In this document: positions 1-8,340 of the stretch, in pieces | Layout: each line of letters starts with the position of its first letter | Numbering within the stretch: the first letter of the stretch is position 1 | NCBI GenBank assembly: GCA_900315255.1 | Contig: OMYH01000024.1 | Location: forward strand, 740-64,739 | Origin: an uncultured Eubacteriales bacterium | GTDB taxonomy: Bacteria > Bacillota > Clostridia > Oscillospirales > Acutalibacteraceae | Length of the DNA: 64,000 nucleotides | Reading direction: 5' to 3' | Notes under the pieces: model-generated | Seen by the model: only the letters and a program-made list of their open reading frames with translations | What the model was told of the DNA's origin: nothing | Database searches by the model: none | Translations under genes and position numbers: made by a program

Positions 1-116
1 TAATCAGGCTCGTCACGAGTTGTTTTTTTAAGCTCCGGAATACCTGTTGCCTCCGCAAATGCAACCCAGATCTCAGGTACAAGTACGCCCTCTAAATCAA
101 GACAAGTAATTACCAT
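1..116 (-). CDS. ThrH-like HAD-superfamily phosphoserine phosphatase, N-terminal fragment (gene continues past the window start)
   Basis: Not in the ORF track because it is partial. Reverse-strand translation from the ATG at 116..114 gives [38 protein letters not shown]. This resembles the N-terminus of ThrH-type HAD phosphatases, including the DxD-type nucleophile motif CLDLEG. Confidence 0.5.
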   Translation of the reverse strand, partial: MVITCLDLEGVLVPEIWVAFAEATGIPELKKTTRDEPD

Positions 117-428
117 AAAAATACTTCCTTTCACACTAAACACAAATTGTGACGGACAATGCCGCTGTTTACCATTTAATTATATCATCTGTTCGATGAT
201 TAGTCAATTACTTTATTGAGATGATCTTTTAAAGTACACATAACGGTACATTATATATGTTATAATAGTATTGTAATAAAAAGAGGACGAAATTCATTCA
301 CTACCATATAACTCCGTTCGCTAATTCCTGGTTGTCGGCTGAAAATATTGATATAATTAATAAATAATATTGCTTATTATGATAATTTGTATTAAAATAA
401 TATTATAAAAAACTTCAGGAGGTATAAC

Positions 429-1571
429 ATGAAACTCATTCACCTATCCGATCTCCATATCGGCAAGAAGGTCAACGGCTGCTCTATGCTCGATGATCAG
501 AAATTCATTCTGCTGCAGATTCTCAATATTATTGATGAGGTGAAACCTGACGGGGTCATTATTGCAGGCGACATCTACGACAAAGGTATTCCGCCCTCGG
601 AGGCAGTTGCACTGTTTGACGACTTTCTCTGCAAGTTGGCACAGCGGAATAAACCGGTATTCATTATCAGCGGCAATCACGATTCGGCAGAGAGATTATC
701 GTTCGGTTCACGGATCATGAGCAAAAACAATATACACATCTCCCCCGTTTTTAAAGGCAAGGTTTCTTCTATTACATACAGTGACGAGTTTGGAGCTGTG
801 AATTTCTATCTGCTGCCGTTCATCAAACCCACAGACGTTCGGAGAAGATTTGTAGACATGAAGCTTGACAGCAGTCTTTCATATTCCGATGCGGTGAAGA
901 TCGCCGTAGATAATATGGAAATCGATCCGTCGCAGAGGAATGTCATTATTTCTCATCAGTTTGTCATTGGCGCAGAAAAATCGGATTCCGAAGAGCCATG
1001 TTCTGTCGGTGGCAGCGATGAGGTATCATCCGATGTATACGACATATTTGATTACGCTGCTCTCGGACATATTCACGGTCCGCAAAGTATCGGCAAAGAG
1101 AATATCCGATACTGTGGCACTCCGCTCAAATATTCTTTCTCCGAGGAGTATCACAAAAAATCTGTTACGGTAGTCGAGCTGAAGGAAAAGGGTAATGTCA
1201 CTATCGAAACCATTGACCTGAATCCCAAGCGTGATATGCGTACTATCGAAGGCAATTTCAAGGACTTATACGACGTTAAAAACCAGACCGATGATTACGT
1301 CCAGATAAACCTCACCGACGACGAACCCACACCAAACGCATTGAGAAGATTAAGGGAGATATACCCGAACATCATGAAGCTCAAAAACGGCAAGCACGCA
1401 GGAGAGTACTCACTCACGGCGATCGAGGAGGATAAGCAGGTGCAGGATTCCCCGCTTGAGATAGTCATAGAGTTTCTCAACGACAGAGGAGTTGCTCTGA
1501 CCGATGAAAGAATAGAATACTTAGACAGGATCATCAACGATATATGGGAGGGTAAATATGAGACCGATTAA
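429..1571 (+). CDS. sbcD: SbcD/Mre11-family DNA repair exonuclease subunit
   Basis: N-terminal calcineurin-like phosphoesterase motifs are present (HLSDLHIG, GDIYD, GNHD, GHIH). A GGAGG RBS lies 7 nt upstream. The gene overlaps the downstream sbcC by 14 nt. Confidence 0.9.
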   Translation: MKLIHLSDLHIGKKVNGCSMLDDQKFILLQILNIIDEVKPDGVIIAGDIYDKGIPPSEAVALFDDFLCKLAQRNKPVFIISGNHDSAERLSFGSRIMSKNNIHISPVFKGKVSSITYSDEFGAVNFYLLPFIKPTDVRRRFVDMKLDSSLSYSDAVKIAVDNMEIDPSQRNVIISHQFVIGAEKSDSEEPCSVGGSDEVSSDVYDIFDYAALGHIHGPQSIGKENIRYCGTPLKYSFSEEYHKKSVTVVELKEKGNVTIETIDLNPKRDMRTIEGNFKDLYDVKNQTDDYVQINLTDDEPTPNALRRLREIYPNIMKLKNGKHAGEYSLTAIEEDKQVQDSPLEIVIEFLNDRGVALTDERIEYLDRIINDIWEGKYETD

Positions 1572-4500
1572 ACTTACAATGACCGCATTCGGCCCCTATA
1601 GCGGCACAGTAACGGTAAATATGGACGAACTCGGCACACATGGGCTGTACCTCATCACAGGCGATACGGGCGCAGGAAAGACGACTATATTCGATGCGAT
1701 AACTTACGCTCTCTACGGCGAAACGAGCGGTTCCAAGGATAATAAAAGCAGAACTGCAAAAATGATGCGTTCAAAGTACGCCGGCAAGTCCGTTGAAACG
1801 AGTGTTGAGCTTACATTTGAATATCGTGGGAAGATCTATAAAATAACCAGAAAACCCGACCAGGAGGTTCAAAGCAAAAGGGATCCCGACAAACTTGTTA
1901 CACGCACTTCTAAGGTAGAGTTGATTCTGCCAGATCCCGGTGCGCTGCCCATGACCAAAGACAAAGATGTCACAAAAGCTATAACCGATATTATCGGCTT
2001 GGATAAGAACCAGTTCTGCCAGATCGCCATGATCGCACAGGGCGAATTCATGAAGCTGATCAAAGCCGACACCACAGAACGACAGAAGATATACAGACAC
2101 ATCTTCAAGACAGAACTGTATGATGAGCTTGCAACCCGCGTTAAAGACGACAGGAGCGAGGCAAAAAAAGTCAGGGACGATCAGGAAAATATAATCAAGA
2201 ATATGCTTTCCGAGATACAAGCTCCCTCTGATTACGGTCGGATCGATGTGATCAACAAAATAAAAGAGGACAATTTTTCCGAGAATAATAAGCTCGACTC
2301 TTTAGACGAGCTTATCGAATACGACCGCAGGCTTCGTGAAGATTCGGAGAAACAGGAAAAAGAACTGGAAAACCAAAAGGAAGTACAGAGCAAAAAGATA
2401 GACAAAGTCAAGGCAGCTCATGAAACAAAGCAGCAGCTTGACGACAATAACAAGCTGTTATCCGATAAGCAGGTTACTCTGAACGAAAAAACAGAAGAGC
2501 TTGACAAAGAGCAGCAGCAAAACGAGTATTTCAAAAAGCTTCGCAACGATACCACCCTGCTCGAAAACAGCCTTGCCGACTATGACAGCATGGAAAGCTA
2601 TGCTAAAGAGAGCAGCATACTTACAGCTAATATAGAGAATGAGAACAACAGGCTTTCCCTGCTTGATCAGACCAAGACATCTAAAGAAGAAACTCTCGGA
2701 ATCAAGAAAACCGAACTTCAAAGCGAAACACTGCAAGGTCTTGACGTTAAGCTTGAAAGTCTGAACAACGAATCAAATAAGCTTTACGATGAAGATAAAA
2801 AGCTCAATGAGCTTGCACAGGGCTATAACGAGATCACAGGAGAGGAAAAGACTCTTGCCAGACTCAAAGACAGCTTTATCACCGCACTCGATGACTGTGT
2901 TGCTGCAAAAGCGAAATATGCGGGCGAACTCGCAGGCTTTGCAGACTATCAGAAGGAAATGCTCACGCTGATGCAGCAGCAGACCGCCGATAAAGAGAAC
3001 AGGGTAAAGAACAAGGAAGCACGGCTCGACTCTTTAAGCAACGCAGGCGAAAGACTTATCAAAGCAGAAAACCAAATAGCCGAGGTAAAAGCCCATATCG
3101 AGAAAATCGGCCGCCTCTCTTTAGACAAGAAATACCTCGATTCTCTCTATAAAGACATCAAAGCATCGGAGTTCTATCTTCAGGAAAGTCTTCAGACAGC
3201 TAAGAACGCAAACAGAGCCTATGCCGATGCTTATGAGCTTTTCCTTAATAATCAGGCAGGTCAGCTTGCAAAGGAGTTAAAAGACAACACTCCATGCCCC
3301 GTGTGCGGTTCGCTGTCACACCCGAGGATTGCTCTGCTCCCCGATCATGCGCCAGACAAGAACAAGGTAGATAAGCTAAAAGCAACAGCAGACAAGGCTG
3401 AATCAGAGCGTGAGCAGCGTGAAAAACAGAGAGATACTCTCCAAGCGACATACAACGAAAAACTCAGCGCTCTGAATGACGCCGCAAAGGAATTGTTCGG
3501 AGAAGAATACAGTTTTGAGAAATTCGATAGCTATGTATCTGCTAAGACAGAACAGCTTGATCGTAATATGCAGGCTTGCAGCATGGAATTAGACAACGCC
3601 AGAGCAGATAACGATCTCAGGAAAAAGCTTGCCGAAGAGATCAAATCGGATAAGGATAAAATAGAAGCGGAAAAGAACGAGAACAGCAAGCTCCGTGAAG
3701 CTATCGCAAAGTATGAAGAGCAGTCAAAAAACACTCGCTCGGAATTCGATGAATTCATACACGAAACAGCTCCTCGTGATTTAGCCAAACTCAATATCAC
3801 GCACAATATTGACGACAGCTTCACTATTATCCGCACAACGAAGCTGCCATCTTCACAGAAAGCCGAAAATAGCTTGCGCAGCTATACTTCTTCGTTTAAC
3901 GATACCGAAGATAAGATCAGAGCCATAGAACAACTCAAGCATACCTTTGTTGAAAAGGGCAGCGATCAGCTCGGTAACGACTTCACTCTTGAAAATGCTC
4001 CCCTGAAAATAAGCGACAATCTTAAGGGTATGCAGGATCGTATTCGTATTGTGAATCAGAACAAGGAAGACGTTACCGGCAAAATAAAAATAAAAGAAGA
4101 CCTTGATCGTTATATCGAGCAGTTAACGAAAGATATCGAAAACTGTAAAAACAGTATTAACGTCATCAACAACAAGCTGACAGAATTCCGCACGAAGAAG
4201 ACTCACTGCGACGAGGAATACAAAAAGCTAAAAGAGAAGCTGAAGTATGAAACAAAAGCAGAGGTTAAACAGACTATTGAGCTCAACTCGGGCTTGATCA
4301 CTCAACACGACAAGAAGCTTAATGACCTGAACAGCGAGGTTCAGACCGTCAGAGACGAGATAAGCACATTAAACGGCACTATTAGACAGCTTGAAGAGAG
4401 CTTTGATGAATCGTACCTTCTTGACATAGAAGAACAGTATCACATCCTGACAGATATTGAACACGCACTTAAAGAATGCAGAGAGTCACTTAACGATGTC

Positions 4501-5157
4501 ACTCTTCGTCTGACAAGCAACCAAAGGATACGCGGTAGCTTAGATAAGGAATATAAGGCTTTTAATGAATACGAAAACAGATTCAAGATGATAGACGCTC
4601 TGTCAAAATATATCCGTGCGAGAACCGCAGACGGCGCAGATATCGGAAAGGTATCTCTGGAAACATTTGTACTGGGTCGATATTTAGACAGAATACTCAA
4701 ATTCGCTAATGAAAGATTATCCGTCATGACAAACGGACAATATGAGCTTAAACGCCGAGAGGAAGCCGAAAACAACCGTTCTCAAACAGGGCTTGATCTT
4801 GACATTCTTGATCACTACAATGAAACACAGAGAAGCATCTCCTCCCTCTCGGGCGGCGAGTCCTTCAAAGCAAGTCTTGCGCTTGCTCTCGGTCTATCCG
4901 ACGAGATACAGCATTCACAGGGCGGCATCACTCTCGACACCATGTTTGTTGACGAGGGCTTCGGTTCACTCGACGACGAGTCCCTTCAAAGCGCACTCCG
5001 AATGCTTATGGAGCTGACGGGTGAATCCGACGATTCACACAAAGGCAGACTTATCGGCATCATCTCTCACGTCAGTGATCTCAAAAATAAAATCGACAAA
5101 CAGATCGTCGTTACAAAAGACAGAGATAACGGAAGCAAGGCAACTATTGTCATCTAA
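1558..5157 (+). CDS. sbcC: SbcC/Rad50-family ATPase with long coiled coil and CxxC zinc hook
   Basis: Walker A GDTGAGKTT is at the N-terminus. A long K/E-rich coiled coil carries a central zinc hook (PCPVCGS). The C-terminus has the signature LSGGESF and Walker B FVDEGFGSLD. Confidence 0.9.
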   Translation: MRPIKLTMTAFGPYSGTVTVNMDELGTHGLYLITGDTGAGKTTIFDAITYALYGETSGSKDNKSRTAKMMRSKYAGKSVETSVELTFEYRGKIYKITRKPDQEVQSKRDPDKLVTRTSKVELILPDPGALPMTKDKDVTKAITDIIGLDKNQFCQIAMIAQGEFMKLIKADTTERQKIYRHIFKTELYDELATRVKDDRSEAKKVRDDQENIIKNMLSEIQAPSDYGRIDVINKIKEDNFSENNKLDSLDELIEYDRRLREDSEKQEKELENQKEVQSKKIDKVKAAHETKQQLDDNNKLLSDKQVTLNEKTEELDKEQQQNEYFKKLRNDTTLLENSLADYDSMESYAKESSILTANIENENNRLSLLDQTKTSKEETLGIKKTELQSETLQGLDVKLESLNNESNKLYDEDKKLNELAQGYNEITGEEKTLARLKDSFITALDDCVAAKAKYAGELAGFADYQKEMLTLMQQQTADKENRVKNKEARLDSLSNAGERLIKAENQIAEVKAHIEKIGRLSLDKKYLDSLYKDIKASEFYLQESLQTAKNANRAYADAYELFLNNQAGQLAKELKDNTPCPVCGSLSHPRIALLPDHAPDKNKVDKLKATADKAESEREQREKQRDTLQATYNEKLSALNDAAKELFGEEYSFEKFDSYVSAKTEQLDRNMQACSMELDNARADNDLRKKLAEEIKSDKDKIEAEKNENSKLREAIAKYEEQSKNTRSEFDEFIHETAPRDLAKLNITHNIDDSFTIIRTTKLPSSQKAENSLRSYTSSFNDTEDKIRAIEQLKHTFVEKGSDQLGNDFTLENAPLKISDNLKGMQDRIRIVNQNKEDVTGKIKIKEDLDRYIEQLTKDIENCKNSINVINNKLTEFRTKKTHCDEEYKKLKEKLKYETKAEVKQTIELNSGLITQHDKKLNDLNSEVQTVRDEISTLNGTIRQLEESFDESYLLDIEEQYHILTDIEHALKECRESLNDVTLRLTSNQRIRGSLDKEYKAFNEYENRFKMIDALSKYIRARTADGADIGKVSLETFVLGRYLDRILKFANERLSVMTNGQYELKRREEAENNRSQTGLDLDILDHYNETQRSISSLSGGESFKASLALALGLSDEIQHSQGGITLDTMFVDEGFGSLDDESLQSALRMLMELTGESDDSHKGRLIGIISHVSDLKNKIDKQIVVTKDRDNGSKATIVI

Positions 5158-5172
5158 AAGATAGCATTAAGA

Positions 5173-5209
5173 AATGAGTCGGCATAACAACCGACTCATT
5201 ACTTTTTTC
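5173..5209 (+). terminator. Rho-independent terminator after sbcC
   Basis: A 10-bp perfect stem AATGAGTCGG / CCGACTCATT with an 8-nt loop is followed by a T-run (ACTTTTTTC). Confidence 0.7.
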
Positions 5210-5217
5210 TTATTATA

Positions 5218-5314
5218 TTAAGGAGACACTGATTAAATCGAGTGCCGAAGTTGCGCCGTCAGATTTTTAGGCAAATTGTGCGAAAAATCCGCAGGAATAC
5301 TGACGTATTTCAAG
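5218..5314 (+). mobile_element. MITE-like repeat copy 1: arm A only (97 bp), ending at the central motif GACGTATTTCAAG
   Basis: Nearly identical to the arm A portions of 16281..16377 and 40400..40496. It starts TTAAGGAGACACTGATTAAATC. No arm B or right terminal repeat follows. Confidence 0.85.
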
Positions 5315-6036
5315 TGCAGATCGCCTGTGCCTGTCCTGACCTTGTAGGAATACTCGCCCTCGCCGACAATATAGGAGTTCTTTTTCGTATCGTAATAGGT
5401 ATTCATGCTGCCGCCACGGGAGGAAAAATCCATTTTATACCCGACGCCGCTCGCAATACCCACAGAAACATCTCCGTCCTTTGAAGTCAATTCAGACTCC
5501 ACGGCATAAACATTCTCGCAGACAATATTCCCATCGCCCGACTTGACATTGATACTGTCACAATTAAGATTTTTCAGAACGACCTCTCCATCGGTATTGA
5601 TGTTAATACTTCTGAGATTATTGGCTATTGCTCTCGGAACACGAATTTCAAGTTTTTTGTATGCGTCTGTTATCTTTACATCGTTATTCTCAACAAAGAA
5701 GAACGAAAATTCATTATCACTGTACTCATATGATAATCTCTCGTCCTCTCTTAACTGACGGGTAGCCGCCTCTTCAACGAAATAACTTTCTCCGTCATAT
5801 GCGATTATCTCAACCCTTCCGCCAACCCAATCGACATTCAGCGTGTTGATCTCATCAGGGGGATAATATTCTCCCATAACGTAGTATAAAGACATATCCG
5901 TAGGGTCATAATTAGAAAGCTTGATCATATCGCCGTATACCGAACCGGTAAGCATCGTGTTAAGACCGTTCATGAGCATAACAAGCGCAATAAAAATCAC
6001 GGAGAAAACAGACAAAACAATACCACGAAGCTTCAT
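5233..6036 (-). CDS. DUF4097-like (putative adhesin, beta-helix repeat) membrane-anchored protein; the last 26 codons and the stop come from repeat copy 1
   Basis: It has an N-terminal TM/signal anchor and repeated GD(G/V)xV beta-helix-like motifs (SGDGNIV, DGDVSV, TGDLHL). The start lies 3 nt after the pduL stop. The C-terminal LKYVSIPADFSHNLPKNLTAQLRHSI is encoded by the repeat. Confidence 0.65.
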   Translation of the reverse strand: MKLRGIVLSVFSVIFIALVMLMNGLNTMLTGSVYGDMIKLSNYDPTDMSLYYVMGEYYPPDEINTLNVDWVGGRVEIIAYDGESYFVEEAATRQLREDERLSYEYSDNEFSFFFVENNDVKITDAYKKLEIRVPRAIANNLRSININTDGEVVLKNLNCDSINVKSGDGNIVCENVYAVESELTSKDGDVSVGIASGVGYKMDFSSRGGSMNTYYDTKKNSYIVGEGEYSYKVRTGTGDLHLKYVSIPADFSHNLPKNLTAQLRHSI

Positions 6037-6038
6037 AA

Positions 6039-6611
6039 TTATGCTATGATAGTACCGTAAACCAAGCCGCCTGTCAGACCTGCTGCATTAGCTTCGTCTG
6101 TGTCAATATGCATAGCTGCTGCGAAGTCGCTTCTTACTCTTACTACTACATCGCCGAAGGTTGTCTTTCTTCCTGTGCCTGCGTCAACCTCAACCGATAC
6201 AACCTGCTTATCTTGGAGTCCGAACTCCTCAGCTTCAGCAGGTGTGAGATGAATATGTCTCTTTGCTATGATAACGCCGCACTCGACCTCAGCCTCGCCG
6301 CAAGGACCGATAACCTTACATCCGGGTGTGCCTGCGATATCGCCGCTCTCTCTTATGGGAGGCAAAAGCCCCATCTTTCGTGCGTCTGTGCAGGATACCT
6401 CAACCTGTGTATCCTTTCTGAAGGGTCCAAGAATTGACATAACAAGCTCGCCCTTCGGACCTACTACCTTGACCTTCTCTTCACAAGCGAACTGTCCCGG
6501 CTGCGAGAGATCCTTTTTGTTGGTAAGAGTCTTGCCCTCACCGAAAAGTGTTGCAAACAATTCCTCTGTTACATGAATATGACGTGCAGAGGTTTCAACC
6601 ATTACTTTCAT
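6039..6611 (-). CDS. pduL: PduL-type phosphate acyltransferase (phosphotransacylase)
   Basis: The duplicated PduL half-domains are present (SARHIHV...GPKG and AKRHIHLTPAEAEEFGL...). The size of 190 aa is typical for the family. Confidence 0.85.
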   Translation of the reverse strand: MKVMVETSARHIHVTEELFATLFGEGKTLTNKKDLSQPGQFACEEKVKVVGPKGELVMSILGPFRKDTQVEVSCTDARKMGLLPPIRESGDIAGTPGCKVIGPCGEAEVECGVIIAKRHIHLTPAEAEEFGLQDKQVVSVEVDAGTGRKTTFGDVVVRVRSDFAAAMHIDTDEANAAGLTGGLVYGTIIA

Positions 6612-6756
6612 TTTTAATCACCATTCCGTTTATTATTATTACCGACATACGGTTACTATTATTTTACACCCAAATCATAAAGAATGCAATGTGTTTAAAT
6701 ATATTTTATCAGATTTTTCCCTTAATATTGTAAAAAACATTTTTTTATGGTAAGAT

Positions 6757-6853
6757 TTTAGGAGACGCTGATTAAATCGAGTGCCTATATTGCGAAGTCA
6801 GATTTTTAGGCAAATTAGTTGAAAAATTCGCAGGAATACTGACGTATTTCAAG
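6757..6853 (+). mobile_element. MITE-like repeat copy 2: diverged arm A only
   Basis: It aligns over its full length with copy 1 (TTTAGGAGACGCTGATTAAATCGAGTGCCTATATTGCGAAGTCAGATTTTTAGGCAAATTAGTTGAAAAATTCGCAGGAATACTGACGTATTTCAAG) with about a dozen substitutions. It ends at the same central motif. Confidence 0.75.
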
Positions 6854-6884
6854 AATTTTTATCAATACGAAAGAATGTGATATT

Positions 6885-7472
6885 ATGTACGACAACTGGC
6901 ATGATCTGAAAACTGCCTGCTATAAATGCAATAAGTGTGAACTATGCTCGACCAGAACAAACCTTGTTTTCGGAGTCGGCAACCCGAATGCCGAGGTAAT
7001 GTTTATCGGCGAAGGACCGGGCGAACAGGAGGATCTCAAAGGTGAACCGTTCGTAGGTCGGGGCGGACAGCTGCTTGATAAAATGCTTGCAGTAGTCGAT
7101 CTTGATCGTAATAAGAATATTTATATTGCGAATATGGTAAAATGCCGTCCTCCGAAAAACCGCGATCCCAAACCCGAAGAGCAGGATCAATGTATCAACT
7201 GGCTGCGGAATCAGGTGAAGCTCATCCGCCCGAAAATAATCGTATGTTTAGGCAGAATTTCGGCAATGCGTGTGATCAAGCCAGATATAAAAATAACCCG
7301 TGAGCACGGGATATTTTTTGAACGCAAGGGTACTCTGCTCATGGCAACTCTGCACCCTGCGGCACTGCTGCGAAATCCCAACAACAAGCCTGCAGCTATG
7401 GAAGATTTCTTCAAGCTCCGTGACAAGATCAACGAGATCTGCGACCATACCTACGACAAGCAAGGGGGGTAA
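6885..7472 (+). CDS. Family 4 uracil-DNA glycosylase (4Fe-4S type)
   Basis: An N-terminal Cys cluster ([10 protein letters not shown]) is followed by the family-4 motif [11 protein letters not shown] and a conserved C-terminal HPAALLRNP. Confidence 0.85.
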   Translation: MYDNWHDLKTACYKCNKCELCSTRTNLVFGVGNPNAEVMFIGEGPGEQEDLKGEPFVGRGGQLLDKMLAVVDLDRNKNIYIANMVKCRPPKNRDPKPEEQDQCINWLRNQVKLIRPKIIVCLGRISAMRVIKPDIKITREHGIFFERKGTLLMATLHPAALLRNPNNKPAAMEDFFKLRDKINEICDHTYDKQGG

Positions 7473-7475
7473 CTC

Positions 7476-8288
7476 ATGGGATTTATGGGACTTGCTATTG
7501 TCGGTATTCTACTTGTGGTGCTGGCAATAGCTGCATTGATTATGATAATATGCTTTGTATTGGCAGTCGTTCTTGGAATCAAAGGCCACAAAACAGCGGC
7601 CATTATCTTAACGTCAATAGCCTCCGTTATCCTTGTCGGATTTATCGTATTGGGAATAATCATATTCATGCCGAAAAAAATTAAGGTTGAAACACCCGAC
7701 GGCAACATATTTCCGATCATTGAAACAGACGCATACGCTTTTTCGGAAGCGATACACAACACAGATATCGTTACCGTTGAGAAACTGCTGGATAAATACC
7801 CCGAGCTTGTATACTATAAAGGGATAAACGGACAGTCACCTGCAGACGAAGCAAGTGTTACTCTCGACATTAACCTTGTGCAGACAATACTCGATCACGG
7901 CGGACGTTTTGACGGAGAATTTGAGCACAGCGACAGTATTTACGATTACTCATTGGAATACTTCTTCTCCGAACTTATCGGTACACCATCGAGTGACGCT
8001 ATCAACGATATGGCAGAATTCATGCTGAACAACGGAGCTGCGGTTGAGTTCGATGACAACACTCACCCGAATGCACTTTTCAGAGCAGTCTGGTGCATTT
8101 GTGCAGACGGTTCGATTCAGGATACAGATATAGATCTGCTCCGTTTGCTGATAGATCACGGAGCAAGCATTACAGAAAGCAATTCATATTATACCCCGTC
8201 GGAATTTCTGCAGATGGCTGCCGGACAGTACAACATTTCGGATAAAGACAGCGGCCTCACAAAAGCAAAGAAGCTCTTGACACAGTAA
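7476..8288 (+). CDS. Membrane protein with two N-terminal TM helices and an ankyrin-like C-terminal region (tentative)
   Basis: The hydrophobic N-terminus spans about 65 aa. Later segments (LLDKYPELV...GINGQSPADEA, ILDHGGRFD, LLIDHGASI) resemble ankyrin repeat signatures. The start is 4 nt after the UDG stop. Confidence 0.45.
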   Translation: MGFMGLAIVGILLVVLAIAALIMIICFVLAVVLGIKGHKTAAIILTSIASVILVGFIVLGIIIFMPKKIKVETPDGNIFPIIETDAYAFSEAIHNTDIVTVEKLLDKYPELVYYKGINGQSPADEASVTLDINLVQTILDHGGRFDGEFEHSDSIYDYSLEYFFSELIGTPSSDAINDMAEFMLNNGAAVEFDDNTHPNALFRAVWCICADGSIQDTDIDLLRLLIDHGASITESNSYYTPSEFLQMAAGQYNISDKDSGLTKAKKLLTQ

Positions 8289-8340
8289 ACGAAGCGAACC
8301 CCTCGGAATAATCCGAGGGGTTCTGTTATGTGTGTGCATT

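Noticed and set aside
5242-5484. A GTG-initiated ORF starting inside arm A and encoding the very basic peptide MPKLRRQIFRQIVRKIRRNTDVFQ… (also at 16305..16496), preceded by the AAGGAG in the terminal repeat
   Set aside because: The AAGGAG lies 15 nt from the GTG, which is too far. The ORF runs out of the element into unrelated sequence that differs at each copy. In copy 1 it is antisense to a real gene. It may still be worth a ribosome-profiling check.
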